NCBI GenBank assembly: GCA_963728205.1
Contig: CAVSIV010000006.1
Coordinates: 1,632,001-1,696,000, forward strand
Source of the DNA: an uncultured Chloroflexia bacterium
Lineage (GTDB): Bacteria; Chloroflexota; Dehalococcoidia; UBA2979
Reading direction: 5' to 3'
Length of the DNA: 64,000 nucleotides
Shown here: in pieces, positions 1 through 11,542 of the stretch
How the letters are laid out: every line of letters begins with the position of its first letter
Position numbering within the stretch: the first letter of the stretch is position 1
Made by a program: the position numbers and the translations under genes
Notes under the pieces: generated by a model
What the model saw: only the letters and a program-made list of their open reading frames with translations
What the model was told of the DNA's origin: nothing
Databases searched by the model: none

Positions 1-684
1 GACGCCGCGAAGCTCGCCCGCAAGCTGGCCCAGCAATACGACGCCCTGAACGGTCCACGCGGCGCGATCGGCGCCCTGCATCTGATCGTGGACGTCGCGC
101 AGCCGTCGCCGCAGGCGGACGGCAGCTACCTCGCGCGGATGTCGCTCGACAACATCAGGCCGTACGTCGAGGTCGCGCGCGAACAGGGGATCCTGCTGTT
201 CCTCGACTTCCAGGTCGGCTGGGCCGACCCGCTGCAGGAAGTCGAGCGCGTGAGCCCGCTGCTGGCGCTTCCGTTCGTGCACGTCGCGCTCGACCCCGAG
301 TTCTCGACGAAGAGCGACGGTGTTGCGCCGGGGCGCGTGATCGGCACGCTCGACGCCGCGCCGATCAACGCGGTGCAGGACTATCTCGAGCAGATCGTTC
401 GCACGTATCACCTGCCGCCGAAGATCCTCGTCCTGCACCAGTTCATGGACTCGATGCTCACGCACACGGCGGACATCGAGCAGATGCCCGAGGTCGAGGT
501 GACTGTGGATATGGACGGGTACGGCCCGCCGTGGCCGAAGGCGTCGGAGTACCGCGACTACGCGATGTCGGACTATGCGCGCCGGGCGGCGATCAAGCTC
601 TTCTACCACTGGGACGAGCCGCTGATGACGCCGGAGGAGGTGCTGAGCCTCCCGAAGGCGCCGGACTACGTCATCTACCAGTAG
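1..684 (+). CDS. Conserved hypothetical protein (5'-partial; probably lipoprotein-associated catalytic-like domain)
   Basis: Frame open from base 1 to TAG at 682-684 with high-GC codon bias; motifs LDFQVG, HVALDPEF, LHQF, DMDGYG and C-terminal PDYVIYQ look like a real conserved protein; function not assignable. Confidence 0.6.
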   Translation, partial: DAAKLARKLAQQYDALNGPRGAIGALHLIVDVAQPSPQADGSYLARMSLDNIRPYVEVAREQGILLFLDFQVGWADPLQEVERVSPLLALPFVHVALDPEFSTKSDGVAPGRVIGTLDAAPINAVQDYLEQIVRTYHLPPKILVLHQFMDSMLTHTADIEQMPEVEVTVDMDGYGPPWPKASEYRDYAMSDYARRAAIKLFYHWDEPLMTPEEVLSLPKAPDYVIYQ

Positions 685-696
685 TCCAGCGCGTGC

Positions 697-805
697 TCGA
701 GCCGGGAGCGGGGAGCGACCGGATCTTCCAGGCGGCCACCGCCGCCGCGAACGCGGCACGCGCGTCGCGACGGAGTCGATCCCATCGCTCCCGCTCCGGG
801 CTCGA
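697..805. repeat. Imperfect inverted repeat between convergent genes
   Basis: tcgagccgggagcggggagcga (697-718) is a near reverse complement of tcgctcccgctccgggctcga (785-805). Confidence 0.55.
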
Positions 806-824
806 ACCGGTCGCGGGGGTGCTC

Positions 825-1477
825 CTACTGCTTCTGCGCTCGCCGGGCGCGGTGTGCGCGGTACGCGGCCATCACGTGCTGCGGGCCGCCTTCGCGCAGG
901 AACGCGATCATGCCGGGGAGGACCGACAGCACGATGATCACCGCGACGATCGGCAGCAGGTAGCGGTCGACGCCGGGGATGGACTTGCCGAGGTAGTAGC
1001 CGGCGAGCGCGACGCCGGCGGTCCAGATCGCGCCCGCCGATGACGTTGTAGGCGAGGAAGTGCGGCGTAGGTCATGCGACCGATGCCCGCGACGACGGGC
1101 GCGAACGTGCGCACGATCGGCATCACGCGCGCGATCACGATGACCTTGCCGCCGTGCCGCTCGAAGAATGCCTCGGTCCGCTCGAGATAGGAGCGCCGGA
1201 AGAGCAGCGACTCCTCGCGACGGAAGAGCGCGCGGCCGACGCGATAGCCGAACGCGTACCCGGCGGCGTCGCCCGTGACGGCCGCGACGAACGCGACCGG
1301 GATCAGGACCCACACCGAGATCACGCCCTGCGAGGCGAGGAAGCCGGCCGTGAACAGCAGGCTGTCGCCCGGGAGAAAGAACCCGATGAGCAGCCCGGTC
1401 TCGGCGAAGATGATGACGAAGATGCCGGCATAGCCGACGGCGCGGATGAGCTCGGCGGTGTCGACGCCAGGGATCAA
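825..1477 (-). CDS. dedA: DedA/VTT family membrane protein (two apparent frameshifts near 1035-1070)
   Basis: FAETGLLIGFFLPGDSLLF and ARVMPIVRTFAP in ORF 938..1477; C-terminus AIWTAGVALAGYYLG continues in another frame to the stop at 825. Confidence 0.85.
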
Positions 1478-1615
1478 CGCGGGCTCCTCGTGGCAGCGCG
1501 TGGTGGGCGGGGACGAGCGTAGCCGGTGGCGGGCTTAGGCGAGCCGCCCCGCTCACCCGGGCGGCTGGCGCGGGGCGCCTGGGCCACGCGCCGAGCGTGC
1601 GATGCGGTCGTCCGG

Positions 1616-1709
1616 CCACAGCGGCGGCAGAGATGCCGCCGACAGGCGCGCGATGGCAGTCGCGGACGGCGCCCGCGTTGCGTCGGCGGCATGTCTGCCG
1701 CCGCTGTGG
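1616..1709. repeat. REP-like palindromic element, family A
   Basis: Arms cacagcggcggcagagatgccgccgac ... gtcggcggcatgtctgccgccgctgtg form an inverted pair; the same arms recur across the window. Confidence 0.85.
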
Positions 1710-1787
1710 GGCGCAGGTGCGACCTCCGGACAACGAAACGAGCCGCCGGGGTTCTCCCGGCGGCTCGCCAGGGGCGCGACCCCCGAG

Positions 1788-3051
1788 CTACGGCATCGTC
1801 GTCATGCCCTCGTGGGGGGCGTTCACCAGGATCGCCATGTTTCCCGGCGGGTGCCGGTTCTCGCGCATCAGCTGGTGCGCCTCGCCCACGCCGGTGAACG
1901 GGAACGTGCGCGAGAGGGCCGGGTCGACCGCGCCCGTCGCCACCATCTCGTTGAGCGCGCGCGACTGCTCGTCGTTCGCGAAGTGCGAGCCCTGCAGGCG
2001 CTTCTGGCGCATCCACAGGTAGCGCAGGTCGACGTCCGCGTTGTAGCCGGTGGTGCCGGCGCAGATCACGACCATGCCGCCGTTGTCGACGACGAAGACG
2101 GACGTCGGGATGGTCGCCTCGCCCGGGTGCTCGAAGACGATCTTCGGCGCGCGCCGCTCGCCGAGGACCTCCCAGAACTTCGCGCCGAACGCGCGGGCGC
2201 CCTTCATCCACTCGCCGAACGCCGCGGCGTCGTCCATGTCCGGCAGCCGGCCCCAGTGCGTGAACGCCGGGTCCTTGCGGTTGATGACGCCCTTCGCGCC
2301 GAGGCCCTGGCAGTACTCGAACTTGTCGTCCTCCGAGACGACCGCGATCGGGATGCCGCCCATGGCCTTCACGATCTGGATCGCCATCGAGCCGAGGCCG
2401 CCGGCGCCGCCCCAGATCAGGACCGGGATCGCCCTCCTGCACCGCGTGCGGCGGCCAGCCGAGCAGCATGCCGGTACGCGGTCGCGCCGACGAGCATGTA
2501 GGCGGCCGAGGCCTCCCACGTCAGGTGCTTCGGACGCGGGTGGCACTGGGTGGTGCACCTTGGTGAACTGGGCGAAGCAGCCCCAGTTCGTCTCGTAGCC
2601 CCAGATTCTGGAAGCTCGGCGAGAACATCGGGTCGGCGCCGGACTTGACCTCGGGCGCGTTCTCGTCCCACATGCCGCAGGGGAGCACGACCTCGTCGCC
2701 GACCTTCACGTCGGTGACGTCCTCGCCGACGGCCCACACGACGCCCGAGGCGTCGGAGCCGCCGATGTGGAAGTCCTCCGTGGCGCCCTTGCGCTGGCGC
2801 GCGCCGATGACGTCGACGGGCATGCCGAGCGCGGCCCAGACGTTGTTGTAGTTCACGCCGGCGGCCATCACCTAGACCAGCACCTCGCCCGCGCGGGGCT
2901 GCGGCGTGTCGATGACCTCGACCTCGAACGCCTGGCTGGGCTCGCCGAACCGCGACTGGCGGATCAACGAGGCGTACATCTGCTTCGGCACGTGGCCGAG
3001 CGGCGGCGTCTCGCCGAGTTCGTACAGGTCCTTCTTCACGGCTTCCGCCAT
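1788..3051 (-). CDS. ccr: Crotonyl-CoA carboxylase/reductase (interrupted by an in-frame TAG and several indels)
   Basis: Fragments in several frames: [81 protein letters not shown]. Confidence 0.85.
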
Positions 3052-3250
3052 GGGTGCCTCCCCCTGCGCTGCGCCCGCCCGGCCCGGGCCGGTGGCGGCG
3101 GGTATCCTACCGAACGCGCTCGTTTGCCTCGACCCGCGGTCGCGGCACGAGCGCGGGCAGGGTACGGCACGGCCCGGCGCCGCGCGAACGCGCGCGGGCA
3201 CCGCTCGTGCGGCGGCGGTGGGGCATCGCGTGCATGGCGGCTCAGCATCC

Positions 3251-3380
3251 TGACCGGATGCCGCTCGAAGCAGTCGCTCGCGGCGGAGGCGCGGCTCGGG
3301 GGACAGCGGGTCGGCGGGCCGAGTGAGCGGCGGCTCAACAGTGACCGGATGCCGCTCGAAGCAGGCGCTCGCCGCGGAGG
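3251..3380. repeat. Two-copy 39-bp direct repeat in the ccr/NUDIX divergent region
   Basis: tgaccggatgccgctcgaagcag.cgctcgc..cggagg at 3251-3289 and 3342-3380. Confidence 0.8.
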
Positions 3381-3385
3381 GACCG

Positions 3386-3874
3386 ATGGAGGACGACGGC
3401 GCCGCGACCCCCAACCGAGCGGCTCGGCCGCGGCGCATCCGCGTGCTGGCGCTCGGCGTCGTGATCCGCCACGACCACCTGCTCATGGGGCCCGTGCCGG
3501 AATCGTCGGGCGCGACCACCGGATACCGGCCGCTCGGGGGCGGCGTCGAGTTCGGCGAGCGCGCCGCCGACGCCGTCGTGCGCGAGTTCCGCGAGGAGAC
3601 CGGCCGCGCGGTCGAGGTGCTCGAGCAGATCGAGGTGTCGGAGAACCTGTTCGAACAGGAGGGCGCGCCGGGTCACGAGGTGGTGTTCCTCTTCCGCGTG
3701 CGCTTCGCGGACGACGATGGGGTGTCGGGCCTCGGGCCGATGCCGTACTTCGAGGAGGGCGAGGGCACGCGCGAGGCCGTGTGGCTGCCGCTCGCCGAGG
3801 TGCTCGGCGGGATGCACACCGTGTACCCGGAGGGGTTCGCGGAGATCCTCGCGCGATGGATCAACCGGCTGTAG
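3386..3874 (+). CDS. NUDIX hydrolase
   Basis: Nudix box GGGVEFGERAADAVVREFREETG; GGAGG upstream of ATG 3386. Confidence 0.9.
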   Translation: MEDDGAATPNRAARPRRIRVLALGVVIRHDHLLMGPVPESSGATTGYRPLGGGVEFGERAADAVVREFREETGRAVEVLEQIEVSENLFEQEGAPGHEVVFLFRVRFADDDGVSGLGPMPYFEEGEGTREAVWLPLAEVLGGMHTVYPEGFAEILARWINRL

Positions 3875-3908
3875 GAAGTCCGGCCCCGCCCACGCCCCGT
3901 GGCATGCG

Positions 3909-3992
3909 GCAAGCGGCGGCAGATACGCCGTCGATGTGACGCGACCCGAAGGCCGCGCGCGAGCATCGGCGGCGTGCCCGCCGCCGCTTGCG
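3909..3992. repeat. REP-like palindromic element, family A
   Basis: gcaagcggcggcagatacgccg ... cggcggcgtgcccgccgccgcttgc between the convergent NUDIX and glnD genes. Confidence 0.75.
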
Positions 3993-4061
3993 CGGGGGGC
4001 GCGTCGGTGTCCACTCCGGCAGCGCGCGTGAGACGCGCCGCTCGCCGGTCGGCCCTGCGGA

Positions 4062-6431
4062 CTACTCGTCGTCCAGCGACTCGATGGCCGCGCGCACGCG
4101 CTGCTCCACGCGCTCGATCTCGTCGGGCGCCTCGACGCGGCGGCCGTTCTCGCGGCGCACGTAGAACGCGTCCACCACCTCCTGGCCGATCGTGTCGACC
4201 TTCGCGAGGTGGATGTCCACGGCCAGCGCATGCAGGGCGCGCGTGATCGCGTAGAGCAGGCCGAGGCGGTCCGCGGTCGACACCTCGAGCACCGAGTAGC
4301 CCTCGGAGGCGGTGTTGTCGACGTGGACCGTCGTCGGGATCTCCGCGCGCAGCCGCGCGTGGTGGTCGGCGGAGCCGCCGTAGGTGGCGCGCACCTCGGC
4401 GAGGCGCTCGTCGACGGGGAACTCGCCGGCCAGCGCGCGCGGCACGGCGTCGAGGATGCGGCTCCAGCGGCGGTCGTCGATGCCGTGGCCGAGCGCGTCG
4501 TCGACGTGCCAGACCTGGATCGCGACGCCGTCGTCGCGCGTGTAGGCGACGCCGCCGAGCACGTTCGCGTTGTGCGAGGCGAGTGTGCCGGCGACGGCCT
4601 GCAGGATGCCGGGCCGGTCGGGCGTGACGATGGTCAGGCGGTCGAGGCTGCCGAGCCGGTCGCGCCGCACGGCCGTGCCGCGCGGGTCGGCCCGCGCGGC
4701 ACGGATCAGCTCGATGTGCTCGGCGATGGTCTCCGGCGCGGTGCTCAGCAGGTACGACGGCTCGAGGCGCGCGGCGTGCTCCTCGACCTCGGCCGCCGTG
4801 AAGCGGCCGGCGAGCGCGTCGACGGCGCGCTGCAGGCGCACCCCCGGCGCCGTCGCCGCGTCGGGCGAGGCGCCGCCGAGCACGTCGAGCGTGCGCGTGA
4901 AGAGCGACCGCAGCAGCTGCGCCTTCCACGCGTTCCACACGGTGGGGCCGGTCGCGCGCGCGTCGGCGATCGACAGCAGGTAGAGGAGCCGCAACGTGTG
5001 CGCGTCGCCGACCGCCTCCGCGACCTCGCGGATCACGCGCGCGTCGGCGATGTCGCGCCGCGTGGCGACGGTCGGCAGCAGGAGGTGCAGCTCGACGGCA
5101 CGCACGATGCGCGCCGCCGTCTCCGGCGGCAGGCCGGCACGCGAGACGAAGCGCTCGGCGATGATCGGGCCGCCCTCGACGTGCGAGCGCTCGTGCCCCT
5201 TGCCGATGTCGTGCAGCAGCACCGCCATCAGCAGCTCGTCCTGGCTCGGCAGCTCGGCGGCGACGCGCGGCGAGTCGGTCTCGTCGTCGTCCTCGGTGAG
5301 CGCGTGGATGGCCTCGGAGACCGCGCGCATCACGTGCACGTCGACGGGGTGGATGTGGAACGGCGCGACGTGGCGGCGGCCGCGCAGGACCTCCCACTCG
5401 GGGAGGAGCCGCTCGAGCCACGCCGCGCGCGGCAGCGGCTCCAGCGCGGCAGGCCCGTTCTCGACGTCCATCTCGCGCAGCGCGGTGACGAGCCGGTCGA
5501 GGTCGCGCTCGGCGCCGGGGGCCGGCTTCGCGGCGGCGTCGCGCGGGCGAGGCCACGCGAGCCAGCGGCGGCGCGGCGCCTGCGGGCCGGCGGCGAGCCG
5601 CTCCGTCGCGGCGGCGTCGACGATGCGCATCGCGATGTACAGGTCGTGGCTCCAGCGCGCCATCTCGACGTCGAGCCACTCCGCGACGCGCGGGACGAGG
5701 TCGTCGCGGTAGAGGTCGGTCGCGCGCTCGGTGAGCGCGTGCACGGCGTTGCGCGTGGCGAGCAGGCGCTCGCGCGCGTCGGCGACGGCGGGCGGCGGGG
5801 GCGCGGGGTCGCGACCGTCCGCGATGGCGTCCGCGGCGTCGAGCCAGTGCAGCAGCTGCACGTCGCGCAGCCCGCCGCGGCCGGTCTTGAGGTTCGTCGC
5901 CTGCAGCTGCCACGGCTCGTGGGCGAGGAGCGCACGGTGCCGCTCGCCGAGCTCGGCGACGAGGGCGCGCCGCTGGCGGCGGACGAGCTTCGCGCGCGTC
6001 GCCTCGAACTGCGCGTAGAGGTCTGCGTCGCCCGTGACGAAGCGCGCGTCGAAGAGCGCCGTCAGCGTCTCGACGTTCTGCCGGCCGGCCTCGGTGACAT
6101 GCGCGAGCGTGCGGATCGAATGGCCGACCTTCACGCCGGTGTCCCACACGGGGTAGAGCAGGCGTTTCGCGTCCTCGTCGAGGCCCGGCGCGATCAGCAG
6201 CATGACGTCGATGTCCGAGTGGCGCGCCTGCTCGCGCCGCCCGTAGCCGCCGACCGCGACGACGGCGATGCCGCCCGCGCCGTGCCCGGGCGCGAGGGCG
6301 AGGAAGGCGTCGTCGAGAGTGGCCGTGAGCGCCGCGCACGCGTGCTCGCCGGCGAGCGCCAGCGGCCGCGGCACGCAGTCGGCGCGGGTGGCGAGGAAGG
6401 GCGTGAACGCGGGGTGCGCGGTGGTGGTCAT
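4062..6431 (-). CDS. glnD: PII nucleotidyltransferase / removing enzyme GlnD
   Basis: Nucleotidyltransferase motif AVGGYGR..HSDID, NLKTGRGGLRD, HD motif LLHDIGKG, two ACT domains (DRPGIL, DRLGLL); downstream of amtB-glnK. Confidence 0.9.
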   Translation of the reverse strand: MTTTAHPAFTPFLATRADCVPRPLALAGEHACAALTATLDDAFLALAPGHGAGGIAVVAVGGYGRREQARHSDIDVMLLIAPGLDEDAKRLLYPVWDTGVKVGHSIRTLAHVTEAGRQNVETLTALFDARFVTGDADLYAQFEATRAKLVRRQRRALVAELGERHRALLAHEPWQLQATNLKTGRGGLRDVQLLHWLDAADAIADGRDPAPPPPAVADARERLLATRNAVHALTERATDLYRDDLVPRVAEWLDVEMARWSHDLYIAMRIVDAAATERLAAGPQAPRRRWLAWPRPRDAAAKPAPGAERDLDRLVTALREMDVENGPAALEPLPRAAWLERLLPEWEVLRGRRHVAPFHIHPVDVHVMRAVSEAIHALTEDDDETDSPRVAAELPSQDELLMAVLLHDIGKGHERSHVEGGPIIAERFVSRAGLPPETAARIVRAVELHLLLPTVATRRDIADARVIREVAEAVGDAHTLRLLYLLSIADARATGPTVWNAWKAQLLRSLFTRTLDVLGGASPDAATAPGVRLQRAVDALAGRFTAAEVEEHAARLEPSYLLSTAPETIAEHIELIRAARADPRGTAVRRDRLGSLDRLTIVTPDRPGILQAVAGTLASHNANVLGGVAYTRDDGVAIQVWHVDDALGHGIDDRRWSRILDAVPRALAGEFPVDERLAEVRATYGGSADHHARLRAEIPTTVHVDNTASEGYSVLEVSTADRLGLLYAITRALHALAVDIHLAKVDTIGQEVVDAFYVRRENGRRVEAPDEIERVEQRVRAAIESLDDE

Positions 6432-6515
6432 GTTGTGCCGAATCGTAGGCGGGGCGTGTTACGTCGATGTGGCGCGCCGGATCGCGACGCAGGCGGCTGT
6501 GGGCGGGTCGCTGTG

Positions 6516-6940
6516 GCGCCGCGCCCGTCCCCGGCGCACCGCCCGCCCTGCGGCGGGCGGCTGTGGCCAGGCGCCGCGCCCGTCCCCGGCGCACCGCCCG
6601 CCCTGCGGCGGGCGGCTGTGGCCAGGCGCCGCGCCCGTCCCCGGCGCACCGCCCGCCTGCGGCGGGCGGCTGTGGGCAGGCGCCGCGCCCGTCCCCGGCG
6701 CACCGCCCGCCCTGCGGCGGGCGGCCGTGGCCAGGCGCCGCGCCCGTCCCCGGCGCACCGCCCGCAGGGCGGGCGGCTGTGGCCAGGCGCCGCGCCCGTC
6801 CCCGGCGCACCGCCCGCCTGCGGCGGGCGGCTGTGGGCAGGCGCCGCGCCCGTCCCCGGCGCACCGCCCGCCCTGCGGCGGGCGGCCGTGGCCAGGCGCC
6901 GCGCCCGTCCCCGGCGCACCGCCCGCCTGCGGCGGGCGGC
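6516..6940. repeat. Tandem array of eight ~55-bp units, each with an internal hairpin
   Basis: Unit gcgccgcgcccgtccccggcgcaccgcccgccctgcggcgggcggctgtggccag starts at 6516, 6571, 6626, 6680, 6735, 6787, 6841 and 6896; hairpin ccgcccgcc/ggcgggcgg. Confidence 0.95.
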
Positions 6941-6960
6941 TCGCCCGTTCCCGGGACTGC

Positions 6961-8566
<1,606 letters not shown>

Positions 8567-8654
8567 CCCAAGCCTTTCCTGGCCGTCCCCCTGGCCGCTG
8601 GGTGGGCGCCGCCGGATTCGGGCGGGCTCTGGCGGGGCAGCATCTTGCAAAGGT

Positions 8655-8670
8655 GTTTCAATGACGTTTC
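8655..8670 (-). promoter_or_regulatory. Candidate GlnR-type operator upstream of amtB
   Basis: Minus strand reads GAAAC-gtcatt-GAAAC (11-bp period) in an AT-richer patch about 90 bp upstream of amtB; resembles the actinobacterial GlnR box GTNAC-n6-GAAAC. Confidence 0.5.
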
Positions 8671-8828
8671 ACGCAGGATCGGTCGGAGCACATGGGGTTC
8701 CGAGCGGTGCCGGTCAGGCCGCTCCGGGCCGCGGAGCGGCAGCGCGGAATATTGCGTACAATCCCGCCACCCAGCCGCCTCTCCCCGTCCCGCTGGAGCC
8801 CGCGTTATCCACTCCGACTGCTCGGCTG

Positions 8829-9727
<899 letters not shown>

Positions 9728-9757
9728 CAGGTGGGCGCGCGCTCGCCGTCCACCCAC

Positions 9758-10174
9758 CTACAGCACGAAGTACAGGCGCAGCCAGTCCTCGAGATCGGCG
9801 ATGTCCACGCCGAGGCCGCTCGCGTACATGAACGACACCATGTGCGGGCTGAAGCCGTAGCCGGAGAAGCAGACGATGCCCTGGATCGGCCAGGCGCGGA
9901 TGTCCTCGATCGTGCCGGGAATCTTCTCCTCGGCCGTGCCCTTGCCGCGCTGGAACTTGCACTCGATGCCGAGCGAACGACGTGTGCTCATGTCGGTGAC
10001 GACCACGTCGATGTGGCGCACGGGGCCATAGACGCGCCGGCCGACCTTCACCTGCCGCCGCACCTGCAGGCCGAGCGAGCGCGCGATGTCGGCGCAGGCC
10101 TCCTCGAGCTCGAGCGCGCTGTGCGGCTCGAGCATCGACGGCTGCTGCGGATCGCGTCCGCGCGCGGCGGGCAT
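9758..10174 (-). CDS. Small PD-(D/E)XK nuclease-family protein (putative restriction endonuclease)
   Basis: C-terminal 138 aa of ORF 9758..11374; LEE...RHIDVV...IECKFQ..GTAEEKIP pattern; convergent with the methyltransferase. Confidence 0.75.
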   Translation of the reverse strand: MPAARGRDPQQPSMLEPHSALELEEACADIARSLGLQVRRQVKVGRRVYGPVRHIDVVVTDMSTRRSLGIECKFQRGKGTAEEKIPGTIEDIRAWPIQGIVCFSGYGFSPHMVSFMYASGLGVDIADLEDWLRLYFVL

Positions 10175-10179
10175 CGCGG

Positions 10180-11253
10180 TCAGACCGCCATCGGCTCGAC
10201 GCCGACGGCGCGGCCGGCGCCCGTGATCTCGCCCCAGGTGGCGTCGTCGAGCTCGATGCCGGAGGCGAGCCGCTCGGACATGCGCCGCCGCTCGGGCTCG
10301 CCGGCGGTCATCACGCCGTCGAAGCCGTCGCGGAACGGCGGGGTCTTCACGTAGTCGACGAGGCCGGAGAGCGCGCCGGCGAAGGCGTCGGCGCCGCCGA
10401 GGCGCGCCGGGTCGAGCGCGAGCATGAAGATCGAGTTGCCGCCGTGGGTGGCGTCGGGCCGCGTCGTGCCGGCCGGCGAGAGCGCGCCGGCGAGCAGCTC
10501 GACGGCCATGGAGAGGCCGAAGCCCTTGTGGCCGAACGCGCCGCCGAGCGGCAGCAGCGCGCCCGGCGGCCGCGACCCCGGCGGGTCCCCGCCGTAGAGG
10601 TCCCACGGGTCGACGGTCGCCCGGCCGGCGCCGTCGATCAGCAGGTCGGGTGCGAGTGGCACGCCCTTGTTGCGCGCCACGCGCGCCTTGCCCTCGGCGA
10701 TGGCCGACGTCGCCATGTCGAGCACGAACGGCTCGTCGGGGTTGCCGGTCGGCCCGGCGATCATGATCGGGTTCGTGGAGAGCCGCCGCTCCGCACCGCC
10801 GAACGGCGCGACCAGCCGCCCCGCGCCGTGGTTGTTCACGCACGCGATCGCCACCAGCCCGGCCGCGACGGCCTGCTCGCCGTAGGCGCCCACGCGCCCG
10901 ACATGCGCCGACTGGTGCGCGACCGCCACGCCGACGCCCGACTCGCGCGCCTTCGCGATCGCGACCTCCATCGTTCGCCGCGCCACGACCTGCCCGTAGT
11001 TCCAGTGCCCGTTGACGACCGCGGTCGTCGGCGTCTCGTGCTCCACCTCGACGGCGGCGCCCGGGACGGTCACGCCGGCCTGCGCCTGTCGCACGTAGCC
11101 CTCGATACGGATCACGCCGTGCGAGTCGTGCCCCTTGAGATTTGCCTCGACGAGGTGCTCGGCGACCGCGCGCGCCTCGTCGGCGGGGGCGCCGGTCGCC
11201 TCGAAGATGCGGGTCACGTAGTCGCGGAGCGGCGCGGCGTGGACGACGGGCAT
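10180..11253 (-). CDS. Ldh_2 family (malate/L-lactate/ureidoglycolate) oxidoreductase
   Basis: GHDSHG, HVGRVG, LSTNPI, LDMATS, GHKGFGL. Confidence 0.9.
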   Translation of the reverse strand: MPVVHAAPLRDYVTRIFEATGAPADEARAVAEHLVEANLKGHDSHGVIRIEGYVRQAQAGVTVPGAAVEVEHETPTTAVVNGHWNYGQVVARRTMEVAIAKARESGVGVAVAHQSAHVGRVGAYGEQAVAAGLVAIACVNNHGAGRLVAPFGGAERRLSTNPIMIAGPTGNPDEPFVLDMATSAIAEGKARVARNKGVPLAPDLLIDGAGRATVDPWDLYGGDPPGSRPPGALLPLGGAFGHKGFGLSMAVELLAGALSPAGTTRPDATHGGNSIFMLALDPARLGGADAFAGALSGLVDYVKTPPFRDGFDGVMTAGEPERRRMSERLASGIELDDATWGEITGAGRAVGVEPMAV

Positions 11254-11330
11254 CGCGGTCCCTCTCGATATGGCAGCGGGTCCGGGCGACTATAGCCCGC
11301 GATCGCAGGACGGGCGGAGCCCCGTCGGTT

Positions 11331-11542
11331 GGCGTCGAGCGGCAGCCGGGAGGTTGCCGATCCCTCCATGGCATCGACGCCAGGCGAGGTCGGTCGGCGG
11401 ATGGTCGCGGCCCCGGCCGGCGAGGCGGCCGCTGCGCGGCGAATCAATCGGCAGCCTGCCGGCAGCCGCTCGACGCCGGCCGCGGCCGCTGCGCGGGAGC
11501 CGATCGGCAGCCTGCCGGCAGCCGCTCGACGCCGGCCGCGGC
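11331..11542. repeat. Three copies of a 31-bp motif (one inverted, two direct)
   Basis: atcggcagcctgccggcagccgctcgacgcc at 11447-11477 and 11503-11533; near reverse complement at 11331-11361. Confidence 0.8.

Noticed and set aside
2872-2874. Pyrrolysine or amber recoding in ccr
   Set aside because: The TAG replaces an expected Tyr codon by one base in an error-rich stretch; many other genes end normally at TAG; no pyl genes are seen
6516-6940. CRISPR array
   Set aside because: Units are contiguous near-identical repeats with no unique spacers, and there are no cas genes in the window
8805-8813. DnaA box / replication origin (TTATCCACT)
   Set aside because: Single one-mismatch copy with no box cluster, AT-rich unwinding element or dnaA nearby
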